The translations under genes and the position numbers were made by a program. From Gemmatimonadota bacterium (GTDB taxonomy: Bacteria > Gemmatimonadota > Gemmatimonadetes > Palauibacterales > Palauibacteraceae), in NCBI GenBank assembly GCA_039588275.1, contig JBDHAC010000016.1, forward strand, positions 1-64,000: a stretch of 64,000 nt of DNA. Reading direction: 5' to 3'. Shown here piece after piece: positions 48,787 through 54,984 of the stretch (position 1 is its first letter; each line of letters starts with the position of its first letter). The notes beneath the pieces were generated by a model. That model worked only from the letters and a program-made list of their open reading frames with translations, ran no database searches and was not told the DNA's origin.

Positions 48787-49631
48787 GCCCGCACCCCCCG
48801 GAGCGCCCAGCGAAGCGGGCTGCGCTCGAGCACCACGCCCGGACAGCCGGCCTCTGCGGCCAGGCTGGACGCCTCCCTCGGCGTGAAGCTCCGCAATACC
48901 GAAACGGGGGCGTCGGCCCGCGGGAGGCGTCGCCCGCGCCAGACCGTCTCCGCGAGGGCGCGCATCAGCGCGTAGCTGGCGCGCGACCGTCGGAGGTCGG
49001 TGACCGCCCACCCGATCCTCGAAACGCGCGCCAGCTCGGCCACGAAGGTCCGCGCCGCGGCCTCCTCGAAGTGGTGCAGGGTGGTCGTCGAGAGCGCGAC
49101 ATCAACGGCACCATCAGCGAAGGGCAGCGCGACGCCGTCCAGCCGCACGAAGGAGAAGCGGTGCGGGGGTTCCCCGCCGGCGTCTCGGTCTCTGCGGGCG
49201 TCTCGGTCTCTGCGGGCGTCTCGGTCTCCACGGACGTCTCGGTCTCGGTGGTCGTGTCGGTCTCGGTGCGCGTGTCGGAGAATCCGCTCCCGGCACAACC
49301 GGAGCGTGGCGTCGTGCCGGTCGGCGAGGATGAAGCTGGGCGACCAACCGGCGCGGCGAAGTCTTCCCATCAGCGTGATGGCGACGTCACCTCCTCCCGC
49401 CCCGACATCCAGCAGTCGCACCGCCCCGGGGCGTCGACCGGCGAGGAGCAGGTGCACCTGTCGGCGGGCCAGACGCGCGCCCCCGAGGTACCGGTTCACC
49501 CGTCCCAACGTGGTCAGTGCCTCCGCGAGTTCCCGCCGATCGCAGTCGCGAGCGTCCATCAGCTCGGGCAGCCGGTGTGGCGGTACACGCTCGGCAGCGC
49601 TCGGTCGGTTGTGGCGCGCATCCTCTGGCAC
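48783..49631 (-). CDS. SAM-dependent methyltransferase with internal repeat insertion (start approximate)
   Basis: ELMD..VNRYLGG, LDVGAGGGD, LHHF, DLRRS, DAPVSV.RSF. Confidence 0.85.
   Translation of the reverse strand: MPEDARHNRPSAAERVPPHRLPELMDARDCDRRELAEALTTLGRVNRYLGGARLARRQVHLLLAGRRPGAVRLLDVGAGGGDVAITLMGRLRRAGWSPSFILADRHDATLRLCRERILRHAHRDRHDHRDRDVRGDRDARRDRDARRDRDAGGEPPHRFSFVRLDGVALPFADGAVDVALSTTTLHHFEEAAARTFVAELARVSRIGWAVTDLRRSRASYALMRALAETVWRGRRLPRADAPVSVLRSFTPREASSLAAEAGCPGVVLERSPLRWALRGVRA
49179..49268. repeat. 18-bp tandem repeat, 5 copies, inside the methyltransferase
   Basis: ggcgtctcggtctctgcg units degenerating to gtcgtgtcggtctcggtg; encodes RDRDAR-like units. Confidence 0.9.
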
Positions 49632-49663
49632 GTCGGCTCGCGAACACTCCTTCCTCTTGGTGT

Positions 49664-49701
49664 GCACCCGGTTCAGCCGCACCCGGTTCAGCCGCACCCG
49701 G
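49664..49701. repeat. 15-bp tandem repeat, 2.5 copies
   Basis: gcacccggttcagcc twice, plus gcacccgg. Confidence 0.85.
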
Positions 49702-49719
49702 CGCCCGGGGTGACTTCAC

Positions 49720-49795
49720 AGGCGCCCGGGACTCGGGATAGCTGCCGGGTGTCCAGCCCCGAAGGTGGCTCCCGCCCGCGTTTCACCAGACGCCC
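49720..49795 (-). ncRNA. Candidate structured leader RNA
   Basis: Closing stem gggcgucugg/ccgggcgccu, internal cUUCGg hairpin, segment ACCCGGCAGCUAUCCCG. Confidence 0.3.
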
Positions 49796-49877
49796 ACGTT
49801 TGTCGGAGCCGGGGCGGCAAGTCAACCGACGAGCCTCCTCGTACCTCTGGATAGAGGGCTGCAGGACCTCGGCGGGC

Positions 49878-49905
49878 TTGACGTCGGCACGGATCGCGCT
49901 ATCTT
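49878..49905 (+). promoter_or_regulatory. Putative sigma70 promoter of the MCO-ZIP operon
   Basis: TTGACG-16 nt-TATCTT. Confidence 0.6.
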
Positions 49906-49917
49906 GGGACTGTAATT

Positions 49918-49933
49918 TTTAGTCTTGGCTAAA
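49918..49933. promoter_or_regulatory. Palindromic operator, DtxR/MntR-family-like
   Basis: TTTAG-tcttgg-CTAAA in an AT-rich patch 12 nt downstream of the -10 box. Confidence 0.6.
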
Positions 49934-50022
49934 CTTCTCTGTGCGGGCCGAGCGACGCCCTCGCAGAGCGCCCGGTCCCGCAGCGGGATCGGGTTGCGTG
50001 CATTGGGGTCGGATCGAACCGA

Positions 50023-51186
50023 ATGAAGGACGTGCCGAGCAGCGACGACAGAGGGCGGAGACGTCCCGAGAAGATGAGCCGAAGGGATTGGCTCAGGCTC
50101 GGCGCCGCAGGGGTGGCGGGTATGTCCGGGGCCACGGTCCTGCAACTCGCCGCACGGAGCCGGGCCGCCGCGGCCATGAGCGAGGCCGGGATCCCGGTTC
50201 CGCAGCAGCACTCCCCCGACGATGGACACCTGCACGCCCTCAGGCGCCCGAACGGTGCCTCCGGCGAGAGCCAGCTAAGCATGAGCGTGGTCGGGGACAC
50301 GGCGCCGAGCGGGCCGGACGCCCTCGACCCCGGAGCGTTCCTGACCGAGTTCGACTTCGGCGAGATCTCGAGGCGCGCTGATGGCCGGACCGTGCGCGAA
50401 TGGGAGGTCGTCGCGGTAGACCGCGAGATCGAGGTGGCGCCGGGCGTGTGGTTCCCCGCGTGGACCTACAACGGACGCGTTCCGGGGCCGACCTTCCGTT
50501 GCACGGAGGGCGACATCCTGCGGGTTCGCTTCCAGAACGCGGGCTCGCACCCGCACACGATCCACTTCCACGGCACACACCCGCCGGAGATGGACGGCGT
50601 CGAGCCGATCGTCGCGCCGGGAGAGCAGTTCACTTACGAGTTCGAGGCGAAGCCCTTCGGGCTGCACCTGTATCACTGCCACACCATCCCCCTCAAACGG
50701 CATATCCACAAAGGCCTGTACGGCGCGTTCATCGTGGATCCACCCGAGGGACGCCCGCCGGCACGCGAGATGGTGATGGTGATGAACGGGTTCGATACGA
50801 ACTTCGATGGTGACAACGAGGTCTACGCGGTCAACACGGCCGCGTTCTATCACCAGACCCACCCGATCCAGGTCGGGGTGGGCGACCTGTGCCGCGTCTA
50901 CCTCGTGAACCTGACGGAATTCGACCTGGTCAACTCGTTCCACCTGCATGCCGGGATGTTCCGCGTCTACCGAACCGGAACACGGCTCGATCACTACGAG
51001 CTCACCGACACGATCATGGCGTGTCAGGGGGAGAGACACGTGCTGGAGTTCGAGCTCGAGCACCCCGGGTTGCACATGTTCCACGCCCACCAGAGCGAGT
51101 TCGCGGAGCTGGGTTGGATGGGGTTCTTCGACGCCGTGCCGCTGCTGGCAGCCGACGAGGGCGTCCCGGTACACCGCTATGGCTGA
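50023..51186 (+). CDS. Tat-exported two-domain multicopper oxidase (alternative start 50074)
   Basis: SRRDWLR; HTIHFHG, YHCH..HIHKGLYG, FHLH, FHAHQ. Confidence 0.9.
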   Translation: MKDVPSSDDRGRRRPEKMSRRDWLRLGAAGVAGMSGATVLQLAARSRAAAAMSEAGIPVPQQHSPDDGHLHALRRPNGASGESQLSMSVVGDTAPSGPDALDPGAFLTEFDFGEISRRADGRTVREWEVVAVDREIEVAPGVWFPAWTYNGRVPGPTFRCTEGDILRVRFQNAGSHPHTIHFHGTHPPEMDGVEPIVAPGEQFTYEFEAKPFGLHLYHCHTIPLKRHIHKGLYGAFIVDPPEGRPPAREMVMVMNGFDTNFDGDNEVYAVNTAAFYHQTHPIQVGVGDLCRVYLVNLTEFDLVNSFHLHAGMFRVYRTGTRLDHYELTDTIMACQGERHVLEFELEHPGLHMFHAHQSEFAELGWMGFFDAVPLLAADEGVPVHRYG

Positions 51187-52372
51187 TCAGAGCGGAGAGC
51201 GCGCCGGAGCGGGCCGCCGCTGGCTGCTCGGGCTCCTCCCGCTGGTCCTGCTCGCGGGTCTGATCGCCGCGTTCCTCCAGGTGGACCCCACGAGCGTCCT
51301 GCGCGCCGCGTTTCCCCCCGTGGAGGAGCTCACCATCGAGCGCGTTACGTTGCCCGAGCCCGGCCGCATGCAGGTCCACGTCGTGAACGGCGGCCCGGAC
51401 CCCGTCACCGTCGCGCAAGTGCAGGTCGACGAGGCCTACTGGCGCTTCGAGATGGAGGGCGACCGCACGATCCCGCGCCTCGGCCGCGCGACGCTCGAGC
51501 TACACTACCCCTGGGTAGAGGGAGAGCCGCACCAGATCGCGCTCCTCACATCGACCGGGCTCACGTTCACGCACGAGATCGCGGTCGCGACCGTTACCCC
51601 GCAGCCCAACGCACGCTATCTGGGCACGTTCGCGCTCCTGGGCCTGTACGCTGGCGTGATCCCGGTCATCCTGGGGCTTCTGTGGTATCCGTTCCTGCGC
51701 CAGATCGACCGGAAATGGATCCACTTCTTCCTGAGCCTCACGATCGGGTTGCTCGTATTCCTGGCGGTCGACGCGCTCGACGAGGCGTTCGAGGTGTCGG
51801 AGGCCGTGCCCGGAGCGTTTCAGGGTGTCGGGCTCATCGCGCTCGGTGTCGCGGGTGCGCTGCTTGCCCTACGCGCGCTGGCCGGTGCCCGGGCGAGCTC
51901 CGATTCCGGGAACCGTCACCCCGCTCTCACCGTTGCGTACCTGATCGCGATCGGAATCGGGCTGCACAACCTGGGTGAGGGGCTCGCGATCGGTGCCGCC
52001 TACTCGATCGGCGAGATCGCCCTGGGAAGCTTCCTGGTGATCGGGTTCGCCCTTCACAACACGACGGAAGGCCTGGCGATCGTGGCGCCCATGGCCAGCG
52101 AGAGGCCACCCTTGTGGCACCTCGGTGCCCTCGGGGCGATCGCGGGGATCCCGACGATCCTGGGAGCGTGGATAGGGGGATTCTCCTATTCGCCGATGGC
52201 CGCGACGCTGTTTCTGGCGCTCGGGGCGGGGGCGATTCTCCAGGTCGTGATCGAGGTGGGCAGGCTGATTCAGCGGGGCCAGCCTGAAGGCGTGTTCGCC
52301 CCTTTGAATGCGCTAGGGCTGGCGCTCGGGCTCCTGGTCATGTACGGCACGGCGTTGCTGGTCGTGGCCTAG
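51179..52372 (+). CDS. ZIP-family metal transporter with N-terminal extracytoplasmic domain
   Basis: HNLGEG and HNTTEG motifs; start overlaps the MCO 3' end. Confidence 0.9.
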   Translation: MADQSGERAGAGRRWLLGLLPLVLLAGLIAAFLQVDPTSVLRAAFPPVEELTIERVTLPEPGRMQVHVVNGGPDPVTVAQVQVDEAYWRFEMEGDRTIPRLGRATLELHYPWVEGEPHQIALLTSTGLTFTHEIAVATVTPQPNARYLGTFALLGLYAGVIPVILGLLWYPFLRQIDRKWIHFFLSLTIGLLVFLAVDALDEAFEVSEAVPGAFQGVGLIALGVAGALLALRALAGARASSDSGNRHPALTVAYLIAIGIGLHNLGEGLAIGAAYSIGEIALGSFLVIGFALHNTTEGLAIVAPMASERPPLWHLGALGAIAGIPTILGAWIGGFSYSPMAATLFLALGAGAILQVVIEVGRLIQRGQPEGVFAPLNALGLALGLLVMYGTALLVVA

Positions 52373-52429
52373 GCGCGGGGCCGGAGACGGCCCGGGGCTC
52401 AGGGAGGCCACCGCGAAAGAGAAGCAGGC

Positions 52430-52457
52430 AGCCGCCCCTCGTGGGCGGCTTTTTGTT
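52430..52457 (+). terminator. Intrinsic terminator
   Basis: agccgccc-ctcgt-gggcggct followed by ttttgtt. Confidence 0.75.
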
Positions 52458-52525
52458 GCCATCGAGGCATGGTCCACATGGGCCCTGCCCGAGAATACAT
52501 TGTGAGAGAACAGAGGAGTGAAGAG

Positions 52526-52951
52526 ATGAATAGAGGACTGAATCCCGGACTGGGACTTGCGATCCTGCGAGTCGCGCTGGGCGTGACCTTCATCGCGCAC
52601 GGACTGCCGAAGCTGACCGGCGGCATCGACATGACAGCGGGCATGTTCGAGGGGCTCGGCATACCGGCTCCCGCCCTGGCGGCGTGGCTCGTGGCGCTGC
52701 TGGAGACGGTCGGCGGGCTGTCGCTCATCGTCGGGTTCCTGGCGACGCCCGCCGCGCTCCTGCTGATAGGTCACATGGCACTCGGGATCATCCTGGTGCA
52801 CGCGGGGAATGGGTGGTACGTGATCGAGCGGGGTCAGGGTGGAGTGGAGTTCAGCGTGGTGCTGATCGCTTCGCTCCTGATGCTGGTGTTCGGTGGGGCC
52901 GGGACCGCCTCTCTCGATGGCAAGCGCAACCAGGAAGTCGTGACGGCATGA
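52526..52951 (+). CDS. DoxX-family membrane protein
   Basis: LRVALG..FIAHG..KL, ETVGG, VH..GW..GVEF. Confidence 0.9.
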   Translation: MNRGLNPGLGLAILRVALGVTFIAHGLPKLTGGIDMTAGMFEGLGIPAPALAAWLVALLETVGGLSLIVGFLATPAALLLIGHMALGIILVHAGNGWYVIERGQGGVEFSVVLIASLLMLVFGGAGTASLDGKRNQEVVTA

Positions 52952-53409
52952 TCGACGGAGGCCGGATCGTCCGCGGGTTGATCGAGGAGCGCGAAGCGGG
53001 AGCCTCGCGCGATCACCTGCTGCGGGAGTCCGTGCAGCAGATCCAGGCCGCCGAGGAGCATTACGACTGGGTGGGCATCTACCTGCTGGAGGACGACGTC
53101 CTGGTGCTGCACAGCTACATCGGGAAAGCCACCGACCACACGCGCATCCCGGTGGGGCAGGGCGTGTGTGGTACCGCCGTGGCGGAAGCCCGGGACATCA
53201 ACGTCCCCGACGTGCACGCCATATCCAACTACCTGGCGTGCAGCCTCGAGACGGTGTCCGAGCTGGTCGTCCTGATCCGCGACCCCGATTCGGGGGAGAT
53301 CTTCGGCCAGCTGGACCTCGACTCCGACCGGCGGAACGCCTTCACAGAGCGTGACGAGCGCGAGTTGAAGGTGGTCGCGGACTGGTTAGCGGGGCTGTTC
53401 GCGAGCTAG
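52948..53409 (+). CDS. GAF-domain protein (free methionine-R-sulfoxide reductase-like)
   Basis: WVGIY, IPVGQGVCGTA, VPDV..YLACS..SELVV, LDLDS. Confidence 0.8.
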   Translation: MIDGGRIVRGLIEEREAGASRDHLLRESVQQIQAAEEHYDWVGIYLLEDDVLVLHSYIGKATDHTRIPVGQGVCGTAVAEARDINVPDVHAISNYLACSLETVSELVVLIRDPDSGEIFGQLDLDSDRRNAFTERDERELKVVADWLAGLFAS

Positions 53410-53502
53410 GCCGCGCGAGCGGAGTTCGATCGCGGACCGCCTGGATTGGCGAGAGCGCCACAGCATTTGCGGACAAAGAAGGTCCCTAGACGCCTCAATA
53501 TT

Positions 53503-53556
53503 GTAGGGGATTTCCCCCACAAGGGGGGATCTGGGGCTTGTGGGGAAATCCCCTAC
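53503..53556. repeat. Inverted doublet of a GTAG-led palindrome (REP doublet-like)
   Basis: gtaggggatttcccccacaag-13 nt-cttgtggggaaatcccctac between convergent genes. Confidence 0.7.
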
Positions 53557-53631
53557 TCCCGGGAGCGTCCGATTTCGGATTTGCCACAGCGCCCGCCACC
53601 GCCGGTGAGACGTTTCTTGCGGCCTCCGCCG

Positions 53632-54285
53632 CTATGCCCGCGCACGCCACCGCTTCCACACCTCGGGGATCGCTTTCACGGCGTACAGCCCGAGGACGAC
53701 GCCGACACTCGCGACCAGAATCCAGGCGGGAATCGGGAGCGTCGCCCCTAACAGGGCGAGCAGGAAGTACCGGGGGAACTTCGACACGATGATCGTCCCG
53801 ATGTACTTCCACAGCGGGTAGTGGATAGAGAAGCTCAGGAACTTGAAGGGGAAGAACGGGACGGGTAGCAGCCCGGCCGCCGTCAACGTGACGAACGGCC
53901 AGCGCATGAAGTACTGCGTGGCCAGCTTGTAGAATCTCTTCTCCTTGTAGCCCTGGATCCCCTGCAGATTGACCACGGGCACGAACACCGCATAGTCCAG
54001 CAACCCCGCCGCCACCGTGCCCAGCGTGGCCGCGGTGGCCGTGATCCACAGGTTCCCGAACTTCCCGAATAGGATGAGCACGGGCTCGTGCGGAAAGATC
54101 GTGATCGCCGTATTCGAGGGGATGCAGTAGAACGCCAGGTAGTAGTAGCTGCTCGACTGGAAGTCCCGGAACAGAAGGACCGCGGTCACCAGCCCCAACA
54201 CCACCATCAGGCTCCCGGCGATCCAAACGCGAGGTCCCAGCCGCGCGTATACCCTCTCGTCGCCTGCGTCGGGTTGCACGGTCAC
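53632..54285 (-). CDS. DedA/VTT-like membrane protein
   Basis: IFPHEP, ATLGTVAAG..DY, LLPVPFFPFK, SKFPRY; GTGA overlap with the MarC gene. Confidence 0.7.
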   Translation of the reverse strand: MTVQPDAGDERVYARLGPRVWIAGSLMVVLGLVTAVLLFRDFQSSSYYYLAFYCIPSNTAITIFPHEPVLILFGKFGNLWITATAATLGTVAAGLLDYAVFVPVVNLQGIQGYKEKRFYKLATQYFMRWPFVTLTAAGLLPVPFFPFKFLSFSIHYPLWKYIGTIIVSKFPRYFLLALLGATLPIPAWILVASVGVVLGLYAVKAIPEVWKRWRARA

Positions 54286-54923
54286 CGGGGCGAGAGCACG
54301 CCGGGCGCAGCCCCGAGGAAGAACTCCTGGATCCCGGAGAGCCCCATCTGAAAACCGACCGCGATTAGGATCAGACCGAAGAAGCGCTCGAAGACGCGGA
54401 TCACCCGTCGGTGCATGCGCTCGGAGAGCGAGCCGGCCCCCAGCAAGAGGACCAGCACGACGACCGAGCTGACCGCCACCGCGGCCAGCGTCCCGACGGG
54501 GAGCCCGAGCTGCCCCGGCTCCCCGAGGGCGAGGGTGATGGTGGCCGTGATGGACGCGGGTCCCGCGATGAGGGGCATCACCAGCGGAACCCATAGGTGA
54601 TCCTCGATGTCGCCGGGGGCGTCGCTGACCGACGTGAGCCCGGTCCCACTTCCCCTCAGCATCTCGAGGCCGGCGAGGATCACGACCAGTCCGCCCGCGG
54701 CCCGGAAGGCGGCGAAGCTCACGTTGAACAGCTCGAGAATGCGAGCTCCGGCGATCGCCGAGACCGCGAGCACGGCGCACACTCCAAACGCCACCTTGGC
54801 GGCCGCTTGCCGCCGCTTGGCCGGCGATATACCCGCGGTCGCCGCCAGGAAGAACGGAAACTCCGCGAGCGGATTCGTGAGGGCGACCAATGCCGCCGTC
54901 GAATAGAGGATCTGGTCGAGCAT
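54282..54923 (-). CDS. MarC-family membrane protein
   Basis: NPLA..F, FRAAGG, VPLVMPLIAGPASI, RFFGLIL. Confidence 0.9.
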   Translation of the reverse strand: MLDQILYSTAALVALTNPLAEFPFFLAATAGISPAKRRQAAAKVAFGVCAVLAVSAIAGARILELFNVSFAAFRAAGGLVVILAGLEMLRGSGTGLTSVSDAPGDIEDHLWVPLVMPLIAGPASITATITLALGEPGQLGLPVGTLAAVAVSSVVVLVLLLGAGSLSERMHRRVIRVFERFFGLILIAVGFQMGLSGIQEFFLGAAPGVLSPR

Positions 54924-54984
54924 GTGCTTATGCGCTTCCCGTCGAGCTACCGGCCTGCGGGCGGGCCAAGAGCCTGCCGCCGGT

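Noticed and set aside
48965..49231. Alternative-frame ORF with ETETPA repeats
   Set aside because: Lies inside the continuous methyltransferase frame; a by-product of the 18-bp repeat
49826..49860. SAM-I riboswitch suggested by ATCCAGAG on the minus strand
   Set aside because: The following conserved P2-P4 elements are not visible
50023..51186. Copper nitrite reductase NirK as partner of the NorB-like enzyme
   Set aside because: It has HTIHFH and the His set of a trinuclear-cluster oxidase rather than the NirK HNIDxH catalytic Asp motif, and it is coupled to a ZIP transporter
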